A stretch of DNA of 64,000 bases from Candidatus Dormiibacterota bacterium (lineage in GTDB: Bacteria > Chloroflexota > Dormibacteria > Aeolococcales > Aeolococcaceae), in the NCBI GenBank assembly GCA_963717185.1, contig CAVQVY010000027.1, positions 2,429 to 66,428 of the forward strand, read 5' to 3'. The position numbers were made by a program, and so were the translations under genes. Positions 29,792 to 42,168 of the stretch are shown piece by piece; the first letter of the stretch is position 1; the number at the start of each line of letters is the position of its first letter. The notes below the pieces were generated by a model. It saw only the letters and a program-made list of their open reading frames with translations, was not told the DNA's origin and made no database searches.

Positions 29792-29864
29792 CGCCCCCGG
29801 CAGGAATCGAACCTGCGACCAACCGCTTAGAAGGCGGCTGCTCTATCCGCTGAGCTACGGGGGC
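29792..29864 (-). tRNA. tRNA-Arg (anticodon UCU)
   Basis: Folded by hand into a 73-nt cloverleaf: GCCCCCG-TA-GCTC-AGCGGATA-GAGC-A-GCCGC-CTTCTAA-GCGGT-TGGTC-GCAGG-TTCGATT-CCTGC-CGGGGGC-G. CCA is not encoded. Confidence 0.9.
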
Positions 29865-29900
29865 GCGGCCAGTGTGCCCCATATAATCGCTGAGCTTCAT
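29865..29900. promoter_or_regulatory. 36-bp spacer between divergent tRNA genes containing a consensus TATAAT hexamer
   Basis: TATAAT at 29882-29887 lies 13 nt upstream of the tRNA-His 5' end. It is the only AT-rich element in the spacer. Confidence 0.35.
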
Positions 29901-29978
29901 GGTGGCTATAGCTCAGCTGGTTAGAGTGCCAGGTTGTGGCCCTGGAGGTCGAGGGTTCAAATCCCTCTAGCCACCCCA
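29901..29978 (+). tRNA. tRNA-His (anticodon GUG), encoded G-1 and CCA
   Basis: Folded by hand: G-GTGGCTA-TA-GCTC-AGCTGGTTA-GAGT-G-CCAGG-TTGTGGC-CCTGG-AGGTC-GAGGG-TTCAAAT-CCCTC-TAGCCAC-C-CCA. The extra 5' G is the tRNA-His identity element. Confidence 0.9.
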
Positions 29979-31771
29979 CTCACGGCGTCGTCGAGCCGTG
30001 TGCTCAGCGCAGCTGCGACTGCTGAGGCCAGCGACGCTCCGACATCGACCGGTACCGGGCCTCCGTTGAGGATCGCATCGGCGTGGGCGAGCCATGCGGT
30101 GTCGGCGGCGATGCTGTCCACGAGCGGATCGCCGCCGAGGCGTGCCACGAATCTCGCTGCGATCCAGGCGAGACGGCCGCTGCCGGTGCCGGCGGCGAAC
30201 CAATTTGCCTGTTCGGCAAGCCGTGTGCCCACGGCCAGGACGGTCATGCGCCGCGCCAGGCGCCTGCTCGGCAGCTGCTGCGCGACCGCGTCCCCACCGG
30301 CGAGGCGGTCGAGCGTCTGTGCGAGCGCGCGGGTCTCGGCGAGCAGTGGCGCGGCGAGAGCAGCGGTCGGCCCGCGCTCGCCCGCTCCCTCGGCGCGGCG
30401 CTCGATGTCACCGAGGAAGTGAGGGCCGGCGCCGCGTCGCAGCGCGCGCAGGACGTCGAGCGCGATCACGTTGCCCGATCCCTCCCAGATGGCGTGCACC
30501 GAGACGTCGCGCAGCAGCCGCGCATCCGGCCAGTCCTCGATGAAGCCGTTGCCCCCGCGGATCTCCATCGCGTCTCCGCCTGAGATCCGGGCACGCTCGG
30601 TGAAGTACCCCTTGAAGAGCGGGGTGAGCAGGCGCAGGGCCCCGGCCGCCTCGGAGTCACCAGCGTCAGCGGAGTCGAGGAGCTCGCTGACAGCGACGGT
30701 GGCAGTCAGGGCGGCGGTGGAGTCGACGACCAGCTCGGCGAGGCTGTCGCGCATCAGCGGGTGGGTCTGCAGCACCGCGCCGAACGTGGTGCGCTGCGCT
30801 GTGTGGTCGAGTGCCTCGATGGTGTTGCGACGCATCGCACCCGCGGTGGCGGCGACGATGCCGACGCGGGTCAGCGACACCATGTCCATCATCTGCCGCA
30901 TCCCGCGGTCGAGCTCGCCGACCTGCCAGGCGAACGCGCCGCGCAGGCCCACCTCGCCGGACGCCATCGCGCGGGTGCCGAACTTGTTCTTGAGCCGGTG
31001 GATGAGGATGGCATTGCGAGAGCCGTCCTCGAGCACATGCGGCATCAGGAACAGGCCGAGGCCGGCGGGTCCCGCCGGCGCGCCCTCCGGCCGGGCCATC
31101 ACCAGCACCAGGTCGGACTGTGGGCAGCTGGCGAACCACTTCTCGCCGTGCAGCCGCCAGGCACCGTCGTCGTCGCGCACGGCCACCGTCTCGTTGGCGC
31201 CGACGTCGGAGCCGCCCGCCTTCTCGGTGAGGAACATCGCCGAGGTGGCGTGGGCGCCGCTGTCGTCGGCGATGCGGGGCACGAAGCGCTCCGCGAGGCC
31301 CACGTCGTTGCGCGACAGGCAGCGCGCCATCGCGTCCATCATCCCGACCGGGCAGCCGGTGATCGCCTGGTCGGCCTGCAGGAACATGTAGGACACCGCG
31401 CTGGTCAGCGCCCGCGGGGCGACGCCAGACAGGCCGCGCCAGCCCGGCACGTGGCCTGAGCGCACCGTCCCGAAGCCGAGCACGGTGTTGATGAGCTCGT
31501 CGTATGCGGGATGGAAGTCGATCTCGTCGACACGTGCACCCCGTGCGTCGTACTGCCGGAGCAGCGGTGGATGCTGGTCCGCGGTCACCGCCAGCGCCTC
31601 GACGCGTCGGGGCACGAGTTCCCCGAGCTCGGCGAGTGCGCCCTCGGCGACCGGCCACACCGCCTCACCGACGCTGTCGCGCACCAGCCAGCGCAGATGC
31701 TCGTCGCAGCTGTACCAGTCGTCGCGTCGTTCGCGCGGGATGTGTCGGGTGCCCGGGTCGGTCGGCAGCAT
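29957..31771 (-). CDS. Acyl-CoA dehydrogenase family protein, AidB-like
   Basis: 604-aa ORF with AMFLTEKAGGSDVG, FMPHVLEDGSRNAILIHRLKNKFGTRAMASGEV and HAIWEGSGNVIALDVLRAL. The last 22 nt overlap the 3' end of tRNA-His on the other strand. Confidence 0.85.
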   Translation of the reverse strand: MLPTDPGTRHIPRERRDDWYSCDEHLRWLVRDSVGEAVWPVAEGALAELGELVPRRVEALAVTADQHPPLLRQYDARGARVDEIDFHPAYDELINTVLGFGTVRSGHVPGWRGLSGVAPRALTSAVSYMFLQADQAITGCPVGMMDAMARCLSRNDVGLAERFVPRIADDSGAHATSAMFLTEKAGGSDVGANETVAVRDDDGAWRLHGEKWFASCPQSDLVLVMARPEGAPAGPAGLGLFLMPHVLEDGSRNAILIHRLKNKFGTRAMASGEVGLRGAFAWQVGELDRGMRQMMDMVSLTRVGIVAATAGAMRRNTIEALDHTAQRTTFGAVLQTHPLMRDSLAELVVDSTAALTATVAVSELLDSADAGDSEAAGALRLLTPLFKGYFTERARISGGDAMEIRGGNGFIEDWPDARLLRDVSVHAIWEGSGNVIALDVLRALRRGAGPHFLGDIERRAEGAGERGPTAALAAPLLAETRALAQTLDRLAGGDAVAQQLPSRRLARRMTVLAVGTRLAEQANWFAAGTGSGRLAWIAARFVARLGGDPLVDSIAADTAWLAHADAILNGGPVPVDVGASLASAVAAALSTRLDDAVSGVARGI

Positions 31772-31780
31772 GCGAGTAGG

Positions 31781-32599
31781 TTACGCGCGCGCGAGGGCGG
31801 CGCCGTGCCACTGGCCACGCGCGGTGAGCACCTCGCGGAGCAGGCGCGGCCGGTCGGTCATGATGGCGTCGACCCCGAGGTCGAGCAGAGCCGCCATCTC
31901 GGCGGCGTCGTCGATGGTCCACACGTGCACCTGCAGGCCAGCGCCCTGCGCCGCCTCCACGAAGCGGCGGTCGACGACCACCAGCCGGCGCGCGCGCACC
32001 GGCACCTGCACGCAGTCGGCCTGCAGCTTGGGCATCCTCCCGGTGCGTGAGGCCAGCCAGGCCGCGGTGATCCCGGCCGGGCCCATCGAGGTGCACACCG
32101 CGCCTCCGGTCAGCCGGCGCACCCTGCGCAGGCGCTCATCGGAGAACGAGCCGATGCACACGCGGTCGAAGGCATCCAACCGGCGCAGCAGCTCGACGAG
32201 CGGCTCGACCACCGCGTCCGACTTGGTGTCGATGTTGACGAAAACCCCGGGCCAGCGGGTCAGCACCTCCTCCATGGTGGGGACGCGGATGCCGGTGCCG
32301 CGCAGGGGGAACGTGCGGCCGTCGGGGCTGAAGTGGTACGCGGCGTCGGCCGCGCCGATCTCAGCGGCGTTGACATTGGAGAGGCGACCGCGGCGGTCGG
32401 TCACCCGCTCGAGCACGTGATCGTGGAAGGAGAAGACGACCCCGTCGCTGCTGAGGTGGGCGTCGGTCTCGAGATGGTGATAGCCCAGCTCGACCGAGGC
32501 ATCGAAGGCGGGGAGCGTGTTCTCGGGAAGCTCCTCGGCGCCGCCCCGGTGGGCGATCGCGATCGGCGTGGGATGGTCCAGGAAGGGGCGGCTGCCCAT
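31781..32599 (-). CDS. Glycerophosphodiester phosphodiesterase
   Basis: IAIAHRGGAEELPENTLPAFDASVELGYHHLETDAHLSSDGVVFSFHD is the GDPD catalytic signature. Confidence 0.85.
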   Translation of the reverse strand: MGSRPFLDHPTPIAIAHRGGAEELPENTLPAFDASVELGYHHLETDAHLSSDGVVFSFHDHVLERVTDRRGRLSNVNAAEIGAADAAYHFSPDGRTFPLRGTGIRVPTMEEVLTRWPGVFVNIDTKSDAVVEPLVELLRRLDAFDRVCIGSFSDERLRRVRRLTGGAVCTSMGPAGITAAWLASRTGRMPKLQADCVQVPVRARRLVVVDRRFVEAAQGAGLQVHVWTIDDAAEMAALLDLGVDAIMTDRPRLLREVLTARGQWHGAALARA

Positions 32600-32613
32600 G
32601 CCGCCAGAGCATG

Positions 32614-34043
<1,430 letters not shown>

Positions 34044-34047
<4 letters not shown>

Positions 34048-37000
34048 ACCGCCACCTCGAGCGCCCGCGTCTGTGCGCGCAGAGCGCGTTCGTAGTCCAC
34101 CGGCAACACCTTGACGAAGCGGGTCAGCGACCCGGGCCAGCTCTCGAGCAGCTCCTCGGCGACGGGGCTCCCGGTGTACGCGAGGTGGTGCTCGAGCAGC
34201 GCGCGCACCGTCTCGCCGTCCGTCTCCTCGTCGGCGTCGAGCAGCCGCACCATGTCGGTGTTGCAGCGTTGCGTGAAGCGGCCGTCGACGTCGAGCACGT
34301 ACGCCAGGCCGCCGCTCATGCCCGCGGCGACGTTGCGACCGGTGCGACCGAGGATGACCACCACGCCGCCGGTCATGTACTCGAGCGCATGGTCGCCGGT
34401 GCCCTCGACGACGGCGTGGGCGCCGCTGTTGCGCACCGCGAACCGCTCGCCGGCGACCCCGCGCACGAAGAGCTCGCCGGAGGTGGCGCCGTAGAGGAGC
34501 ACGTTGCCGGCGATGACGTTGTCGTCAGCGCGCCGGACCGCGTTGGCGGGCGGGACGACCACGATGCGGCCACCGCTCAGCCCCTTGCCGCAGCCGTCGT
34601 TGACCTCACCGTGCACGGTGAGGGTGATGCCGCCCGCGAGCCAGGCGCCGAACGACTGGCCGGCGCTGCCCTGCAGGTCGACGCGGATGGTGTCCTGGGG
34701 CAACCCGGCGGCCCCGTGACGCGTGGCCACCTCGCCGCTGAGCCGCGCGCCCACGCTGCGGTCACGGTTGCTGACGCGCATGCGCAGCTGCAACGGTGTG
34801 CCGCGCTCGAGCGCGTCGCCCGCGCAGGCGATGACGCGCTCGTCGATGTCGCCGTCCCAGGGATGGGGAGCGCGTGGCTGGGAATGTCGCGGCTGCCCGG
34901 TCGCCACCAGGAGCCGGGCGAGGTCGACGTCACCGCTGCGGTCGACCTGGCGGAGAAGGTCGACGCGCCCCACCAGGTCCTCGAAGCGGCGCACCCCGAG
35001 CCTCGACATCCAGCGGCGCACGTCCTCGGCAAGGAAGCGCATGAACGTGACGATGTGCTCGGCGCGGCCGGTGTAGCGCTGGCGCAGCTCGGGGTCCTGG
35101 GTGGCGATGCCGACCGGGCAGGTGTTGAGGTGGCAGACGCGCATCATCACGCAGCCGGCAGCCACCAGCGGCGCAGTGGCGAACGCGAACTCCTCAGCAC
35201 CGAGCAGCGCGGCGACGACCACGTCACGGCCGGTGCGCATCAGCCCGTCGCTCTGCAGCACCACGCGGTCGCGCAACCCGTTGGCGACCAACGTCTGCTG
35301 CGCCTCGGCGAGCCCGAGCTCCCAGGGCGCGCCGGCGTGGGTCAGCGACGAGAGCGGCGCCGCGCCGGTGCCTCCCTCGTACCCCGAGACGACGATGTGG
35401 TCGGCGCGGGCCTTGGCAACCGCGGCTGCGATCGGGCCCGACGCCCATCTCGGCAGTCAGCTTGACACTGATGCGCGCGGCGGGGTTGACCGAGCGCAGG
35501 TCGTGGATGAGCTGGGCGAGGTCCTCGACGGAGTACACGTCGTGGTGGGGTGGGGGAGAGATGAGCCCGACACCGGGAGTGGCGTTGCGCAGGCGCGCGA
35601 TGGTCACGTCGACCTTGTTGCCGGGGAGCTGGCCGCCCTCGCCTGGCTTGGCGCCCTGCGCCACCTTGACCTGGATCTCGTCGGCGTTGACCAGGTAGTG
35701 CGCGGTGACCCCGAACCGCGCCGAGGCCACCTGCTTGATCGCGCTGCGACTCGAATCCGCGCCGCCGGTGGCGAACCGCGCCGGGTCCTCGCCTCCCTCG
35801 CCGGTGTTGGAGCGGCCGCCGATCCGGTTCATCGCGATCGCCAGGGTCTCGTGCATCTCCGGCGAGATCGAGCCGAGCGACATGGCGCCGGTGGCGAAGC
35901 GGTGGACCAGCGAGTCGGCGCCCTCCACCTCGTCGATCGGCACCGCCGCGTCCGCTTCGGTGATCTCGAGCAGGCCGCGCAGGGTGCGGCGCTCGGCGGA
36001 CTCGCGGTCGGCGAGCGCGACGTAGCGTTCGAAGTCCGCCGCGGACTCGGAGCGCACCGCGTGCTGCAGTGCGCCGATGACCTCGGGGTTCCAGGCGCGC
36101 TTCTCGCCGTTGCGCCGCCACTGGTAGCTGCCCCCGGGGTCGAGCGCGCTCGGGTGGCGCGCCGGTGGCCGGGAACGCGCGGGCGTGACGGCTGAGGGCG
36201 TCGGCGGCGATGCGGTCGAGCCCGGATCCCCCGACGCGGGACGGCGTGCCCGTGAAGTAGCGCTGGATGACGTCGTCGGACAGCCCGATGGCCTCGAAGA
36301 GCTGTGCTCCGCAGTAGGACAGGACCGTCGAGATGCCCATCTTGGCGATGGTCTTGAGCAGGCCCTTGCGCAGCGCATGGACGACGTTGCGCTGCGCGGC
36401 GGCGCCGTCGACGTTCTCGACAACGCCACTCATGGCCAGCTCTGCCGCGGTGTCGAGGAGCAGGTACGGGTTGACCGCCTCCGCGCCGTAGCCGATGAGC
36501 AGCGCCAGGTGCGCCACCTCGCGCGGCTCGCCGCTCTCCACCACCAGGCCCACCCCGGTGCGGGTGCGTTCGCGCAGCAGGTGATGGTGAACGGCCGCGG
36601 TCGCCAGCAGCGATGGGATCGGCGCGTGGCCGGCGTCGGCGCCGCGGTCGCTGAGGATGAGGATGGAGCGTCCGGCCGCCACCGCCTCCGACGCCAGCCG
36701 GCAGATGCGCTCGAGGCCGTCGCGCAGGCCGTCCGCACCGCCGGCGCGATGGAAGACGGCGGTGATCGTCTCCGTGCCGGGAACTGCAGCTGGGTGACGT
36801 GGCGGATCGTGGCCAGGTCGGCGTTGGTGAGGATGGGGTGAGCCATCTCCAGCCGAGCAGCCTGGCCGGGGCCCTGCTCGAGCAGGTTGCCACCGGCTCC
36901 GAGCGAGGTGACCAGCGACATCACCGACGCCTCCCTGATCGGGTCGATGGGAGGGTTGGTGACCTGCGCGAAGAGCTGCTTGAAGTACGCGAACAGCGGC

Positions 37001-38525
37001 TGGGGACGGTGGCTCAGCACCGCCAGCGGGGCGTCGTTGCCCATCGAGCCCACCGGCTCCTCGCCCGTGGCGGCCATCGGCGCGACGACCAGGCGGAGCT
37101 CCTCGTCCGTCCATCCGAAGAGGTGCTGGCGGATGCGCAGCGTGCCCCCGTCCGGCTCCTGCCACTCGGCGCCCGGGGCGAGCTCGTCGAGGCGAACGGT
37201 CCCGCCCCGGATCCACTCGCCGTAGGGATGCCGGCCGGCCAGCTGGCGCTTGCACGCGCCGTCGTCGAGGATGGCGCCGGCCTCGGTGTCGACGAGCAGC
37301 AGCCGGCCGGGGTCGAGCCGCCACTTCTTGACGATGCGCTCCTCGGGGATGTCGAGCACTCCGGCCTCCGATGCCATGACCACGAGGCCGTCGTCGGTCA
37401 CCAGGTACCGTGCCGGGCGCAGCCCGTTGCGGTCGAGGCACGCACCCACCAGCCGCCCGTCGGTGAAGGCGATCGCCGCGGGGCCGTCCCACGGCTCGAG
37501 CAACGACGCGTGGAACTCGTAGAAGGCGCGACGCTCATCGTCGAGCAGCTCGTTGCTGTGCCACGCCTCGGGGATCATCATCATCATGGCGTGCTCGACC
37601 GAGCGGCCTGAGATGGTGAGCAGCTCGAGCGCGTTGTCGAACTGGGTGGAGTCCGAACCGTCAGCGTCGAGCACGTCGCGGACCTTGTCGATGTCGCCGC
37701 CGAACAGCGCGCTGCGGAACTTCGACTGCCGCGCGCGACATCCACGCGGCGTTGCCGCGCAGGGTGTTGATCTCGCCGTTGTGCGCAGACATCCGCGCCG
37801 GCTGGGCCAGGTCCCACCGCGGCAGGACGTTGGTCGAGAAGCGAGCGTGCACGATCGCGAGCGCGGAGACCATGCGACTCGTCGCGCAGGTCCGCGTAGA
37901 AGCGGCCCAGCTGCTCGGCGGTGAGCATCCCCTTGTAGACGACAGTTCGGCTGCTGAGGCTGGCGATGTGGAGCAGCTTCCGATCCATCCCGGACTCCCG
38001 GGCGCGTGCCTCGATGACCCGGCGCAGCACGTAGAGGCGGCGTTCGAGCGCGTCGCCGTCGATTCCCACCGCGGCGACGAAGAACTGCCGGATGCGCGGC
38101 ATCGCCGCGCGCGCGGTGACGCCCGGCACGCCGGCGTCGACGGGAACCTCCCGCCAGCCGAGGAGGTGCATCCCCTCGTCGGCGCAGCAGCCTTCGATGA
38201 GCGACTGCGCAGCCCGGCGCTCGGGCACTGTGGCCGGCAGGAAGACCATTCCCACCCCGTAGCCGCCGGCCGCCGGGAGCTCCACGCCGGCCGCCCTCCG
38301 CAGGAAGGCGTCGGGGACCTGGAGCAGGATGCCCGCGCCGTCGCCGGTGTCGGGGTCCGACCCGGTCGCCCCGCGATGGCCGAGGTTGACGAGCGCGCGC
38401 ATGGCATCAGCCACGATGTGGTGGCCGGCGACGCCTGATGTGGTGGCCACAAAGGCGACGCCGCACCCGTCGTGCTCGAAGCTCGGATCGCGAAGGTCGC
38501 GGTCGGTCGGCATGGGGGCGCTCAT
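34044..38525 (-). pseudogene. gltB: Glutamate synthase large subunit, frame broken at five sites
   Basis: All four domains are recognisable. Ntn amidotransferase: [12 protein letters not shown]. Central domain. FMN domain: [51 protein letters not shown] domain: GNVLLYGATSGELFVRG. They lie in ORFs 37584-38525, 37661-38452, 36430-37674, 35342-37492, 35224-36429 and 34044-35291. Breaks are at ~37877, ~37729-37736, ~36777-36778, ~36141-36152 and ~35434-35439. Confidence 0.9.
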
Positions 38526-38698
38526 CCGTTCGATGCCATGGCAGCCTGACAGGACTTGGTCAGCCGATCAAGACCCAATAGTACGGGGCAGCCGGGCGAG
38601 CCCGCGCTCCGCCGTCATCAATGTCGCATTCGCTACGATCAAACCGAGTTCACGCTGCTTCTGCACGAATGCGCCGCGGCGGCGGCGCCAGGGGAGAG

Positions 38699-39493
38699 AT
38701 GGCCCAGATCACCGCGAGGCCGGTGGCGCATGACGCCGGTCATCCGGGACCGACGCTGCTGGAGCGCTTTCGCCGCAACCAGCCCTGGTGGCTCCTGCCT
38801 CTCGCCGTGGTCAGCGTCCTGGGTTTGTTCGGGCTGTACGCGCTGGTGTCGGTGTTCATCTTCCGCCCCGGTGAGATCGGTCCCTACCTGTCGCCGTTCT
38901 GGTCCCCCAAGATCGGGGACAACGGCAAGCTGTTCGGGCCGTTCCCAGGAGCGGCCTTCATCCTGCTCAGCCCGCTGGCGTTCCGGGGCAGCTGCTACTA
39001 CTACCGCAAGGCGTACTACCGGTCCTTCTTCTGGGACCCGCCGGCCTGTGCGCTGGGCGAGCTGCGCCACCGCAACTACCGCGGCGAGTCGAAGCTGCCG
39101 ATGGCCCTGAACAACCTCCACCGCTTCACGCTGTACGTGGCCATCGTCATCCTCGGTTTCCTCTGGTACGACGCGCTGATCGCGTTCAACAACCCCGCCG
39201 ACGGGAGGTGGGGGTTCGGCCTGGGGACGGCGGTGCTGCTGGTCAACGTGGTGCTGCTGAGCGGTTACACGTTCAGCTGCCACTCGCTCCGTCACCTCGC
39301 GGGAGGCGGGTTGGACTGCTACTCCACCGCCCGCTTCGGCAACGCACGCAACCGCGCCTGGCGCTGGCTCACCGCGCTCAACGCCCGCCACCCGGTGTGG
39401 GCGTGGGTCAGCCTGTTCTCGGTGCTGTTCGCTGACGTGTACATCCGGATGCTCCAGGCGGGGTGGTTCACCGACCCCCACGTCGGCTTCTGA
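38699..39493 (+). CDS. Polytopic membrane protein, probable membrane anchor of an Sdh1-type succinate dehydrogenase
   Basis: 264-aa ORF immediately upstream of sdhA (3-nt gap), with about five hydrophobic helices. It has Cys/His-rich segments FRGSCYYYRKAYY, PPACALGE and FSCHSLRHLAGGGLDC. RBS GGGGAGAG precedes ATG 38699. Confidence 0.6.
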   Translation: MAQITARPVAHDAGHPGPTLLERFRRNQPWWLLPLAVVSVLGLFGLYALVSVFIFRPGEIGPYLSPFWSPKIGDNGKLFGPFPGAAFILLSPLAFRGSCYYYRKAYYRSFFWDPPACALGELRHRNYRGESKLPMALNNLHRFTLYVAIVILGFLWYDALIAFNNPADGRWGFGLGTAVLLVNVVLLSGYTFSCHSLRHLAGGGLDCYSTARFGNARNRAWRWLTALNARHPVWAWVSLFSVLFADVYIRMLQAGWFTDPHVGF

Positions 39494-39495
39494 CG

Positions 39496-41319
39496 ATGGC
39501 GGCCGAGAGCTACCTCACCCACGAGTGCGACGTGCTGGTGATCGGCGCCGGCGGGGCGGGCATGCGCGCCGCGATCGCCGCGGCTGAGTCCGGCTGCAGC
39601 ACCATCGTGGTCACCAAGTCGCTGCTGGGCAAGGCGCACACCGTGATGGCCGAGGGTGGCATCGCGGCCGGCCTCGGCAACGTCGACAGCGACGACAGCT
39701 GGGAGGTCCACTTCGCCGACACGATGCTCGGTGGCCAGCTGCTCAACAACTGGCGGATGGTCGAGATCTACGCGCACGAGGTCATCGACCGCGTCTACGA
39801 GCTGGAGCGGTGGGGCGGCCTCTTCGACCGCACCGACGACGGCCGCATCATGCAGCGGGCCTTCGGTGCGCACAGCTGGAAGCGGCTCGCCCACGTCGGC
39901 GACCGCACCGGGCTCGAGCTGATCCGCACCTGCCAGGACAAGCTGGTGCACACCGCCGGCACCGAGTGCTACATGGAGTACACGCTGACCCGGCTGCTGA
40001 AGAACGGTGACCGGGTTGTCGGGGCCATGGGATACCGCCGCAACGACGGCAGGTTCGTGGTCATCAAGGCGGGCGCGACCGTGCTGGCCAGCGGGGGCTG
40101 GGGCCGGATGTACCGATACACCAGCAACAGCTGGGAGGGCACCGGCGACGGTGCGGCGATGGCGTACGACGCCGGCGCCGACCTCGTCGACATGGAGTTC
40201 GTGCAGTTCCACCCCACCGGCATGGTGTGGCCGCCGGGCGCTCGCGGCATCCTGGTCACCGAGGCGGTGCGCGGTGAGGGAGGCCTGCTCTTCAACAGCG
40301 AGCACAAGCGCTTCATGCTCGAGTACGACCCCGTCAAGAAGGAGCTGAGCTCGCGCGACGTGGTGGCCCGCTCGATCTACAAGGAGGTCAAGGCCGGGCG
40401 CGGCTCCCCGCACGGCGGCGCCTTCCTCGACATCACCCACCGCGGGGCCGACTACATCCTCAAGAAGCTGCCGTCGATGTACGAGCAGTTCCATGCCCTG
40501 GCCTCGGTCGACATCACCCGCGCGCCGATGGAGGTGGGACCGACGATCCACTACACCATGGGCGGCGTCCGCGTCGACGCCGAGACGGCGGCCACGACCG
40601 TGCCCGGCCTCTACGCCGCCGGTGAGGTCGCCGGCGGGCTGCACGGCGCCAACCGGCTCGGGGGCAACTCTCTCGGCGACATCCTCGTCTTCGGCCGCCG
40701 CGCCGGGGTCGCCGCCGCGGAGTTCGCGCGCTCCGGCGGGGCCACGCGCGCGATCGACGAGACAGAGGTGGAGCGTGAACAGGACGCGCTCTACGACCCG
40801 CTCGACAGCCGCCACGGCTGGACGGACCGCGAGAACCCGTACCACCTGCACGAGGCCCTGCAGGCTGCGATGCAGGACGACGCCGGCATCGGCCGCAGCG
40901 CGGAGTCCCTGCAACGTGCGCTGTCCGCCATCCTCGAGCTGCGCGAACGCAGCTCGCGCATGCGTGTGGTCGGGCGCCGCGACCTCAACCCGGGCTGGCA
41001 CACCTGCCGCGACGTCACCTTCATGCTCACCGTCAGCGAGGCGATCGTGCGCAGCGCGATGCGGCGCGAGGAGAGCCGAGGCTCACAGTGGCGCTTCGAC
41101 TTCCTCGAGCAGGACTCCGAACAGGGCAAGGTCAACTACGTGTCCCGCCGCGACGGCGACAGCATGAAGATCGAGGCCGTGCCACTGCAGGCGATGCCCG
41201 ACGACCTCGTCAAGCTGCTCCCCCGGAGCCGCTTCTACGACCCGGCCAAGCTGCCCAGGGGCCACCTCAAGCCGGAGAACATGCCCGCAGCGCCGGCGGC
41301 GGTGGGAAGCACGCAGTGA
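39496..41319 (+). CDS. sdhA: Succinate dehydrogenase / fumarate reductase flavoprotein subunit
   Basis: DVLVIGAGGAGMRAAIAA, SLLGKAHTVMAEGGIAA, HPTGMVWPPGARGILVTEAVRGEGG and GANRLGGNSLGDILVFG. Confidence 0.9.
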   Translation: MAAESYLTHECDVLVIGAGGAGMRAAIAAAESGCSTIVVTKSLLGKAHTVMAEGGIAAGLGNVDSDDSWEVHFADTMLGGQLLNNWRMVEIYAHEVIDRVYELERWGGLFDRTDDGRIMQRAFGAHSWKRLAHVGDRTGLELIRTCQDKLVHTAGTECYMEYTLTRLLKNGDRVVGAMGYRRNDGRFVVIKAGATVLASGGWGRMYRYTSNSWEGTGDGAAMAYDAGADLVDMEFVQFHPTGMVWPPGARGILVTEAVRGEGGLLFNSEHKRFMLEYDPVKKELSSRDVVARSIYKEVKAGRGSPHGGAFLDITHRGADYILKKLPSMYEQFHALASVDITRAPMEVGPTIHYTMGGVRVDAETAATTVPGLYAAGEVAGGLHGANRLGGNSLGDILVFGRRAGVAAAEFARSGGATRAIDETEVEREQDALYDPLDSRHGWTDRENPYHLHEALQAAMQDDAGIGRSAESLQRALSAILELRERSSRMRVVGRRDLNPGWHTCRDVTFMLTVSEAIVRSAMRREESRGSQWRFDFLEQDSEQGKVNYVSRRDGDSMKIEAVPLQAMPDDLVKLLPRSRFYDPAKLPRGHLKPENMPAAPAAVGSTQ

Positions 41320-42161
41320 CCACCCTGTACAAGAGCGCGAGCGCGTCGCTTGACGGGGCCACACCCGCCGCGCACGACGCACCGGACCCGGGCCTGACCG
41401 GCGAGTCGATCACGCTCAACGTCTTCCGGGGCACGCCCGACGACCAGCAGGGCGACGTGTCGTACGAGGTGCCCGGGGTGACCGGGATGGTGGTGCTCGA
41501 TGCCATCCACTACATCCAGCACAACCTCGACACCGACCTCGCCGCGCGCTGGAACTGCAAGGCGGCGAAGTGCGGGTCGTGCAGCGCGGAGATCAACGGC
41601 CGGCCGGCCCTGATGTGCAAGACGCGGATCGACGATCTCCCCGCGGGGCAGCCGATCACGGTGCGGCCGATGAAGGCGTTCCCGCTGATCAAGGACCTCG
41701 TCTCCGACGTCTCGCGCAACTACGAGATCAACAAGGAGATACCGCCGTTCACCCCGGCGCCCGACGACGGCACCCCGTGGCGCATCCAGCAGCACGACAT
41801 CGACCGGCTGTTCGAGTTCCGCAAGTGCATCGAGTGCTTCCTCTGCCAGGACGTCTGCCACATCAACCGCACCCATGGACTGTCCGATCGTTTCTACGGG
41901 CCGCGGTTCTTCGTGCGCGTCGCCGGCCTGGAGATGCATCCCAAGGATGTGCTCGACCGCACCGAGCAGACCCGCGTCCAGGGCGGTCTCGGCTACTGCA
42001 ACATCACCAAGTGCTGCACCGAGGTGTGCCCGGAGCACATCCACATCACCGACAACGCGATCATCCCGCTCAAGGAGCGGCTCGCCGACAAGCACTGGGA
42101 CCCGGTGCGCTGGGTTGGACGCAAGGTCTTCGGCAGTGGGGACAACGGCGCGCGCCTATAG
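41316..42161 (+). CDS. sdhB: Succinate dehydrogenase / fumarate reductase iron-sulfur subunit
   Basis: GTG 41316 overlaps the sdhA stop. Cluster motifs WNCKAAKCGSCSAEINGRPALMC, CIECFLCQDVC and CNITKCCTEVCP. Confidence 0.9.
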   Translation: MTTLYKSASASLDGATPAAHDAPDPGLTGESITLNVFRGTPDDQQGDVSYEVPGVTGMVVLDAIHYIQHNLDTDLAARWNCKAAKCGSCSAEINGRPALMCKTRIDDLPAGQPITVRPMKAFPLIKDLVSDVSRNYEINKEIPPFTPAPDDGTPWRIQQHDIDRLFEFRKCIECFLCQDVCHINRTHGLSDRFYGPRFFVRVAGLEMHPKDVLDRTEQTRVQGGLGYCNITKCCTEVCPEHIHITDNAIIPLKERLADKHWDPVRWVGRKVFGSGDNGARL

Positions 42162-42168
42162 TGGAGCG

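Noticed and set aside
29792-29978. The tRNA pair as an integration hotspot flanking a genomic island.
   Set aside because: No integrase gene is nearby. I found no direct repeat of either tRNA 3' end in the window. The flanking genes are ordinary metabolic genes of similar composition.
38526-38698. A GlnR-type box or other nitrogen-regulator site in the gltB / sdh divergent region. This includes the imperfect palindrome CTTGGTC-AGCC-GATCAAG at 38555-38572.
   Set aside because: No convincing gTnAc-n6-GaAAc pattern is present. The palindrome has a mismatch and only 7-bp arms, which is not enough to claim a site.
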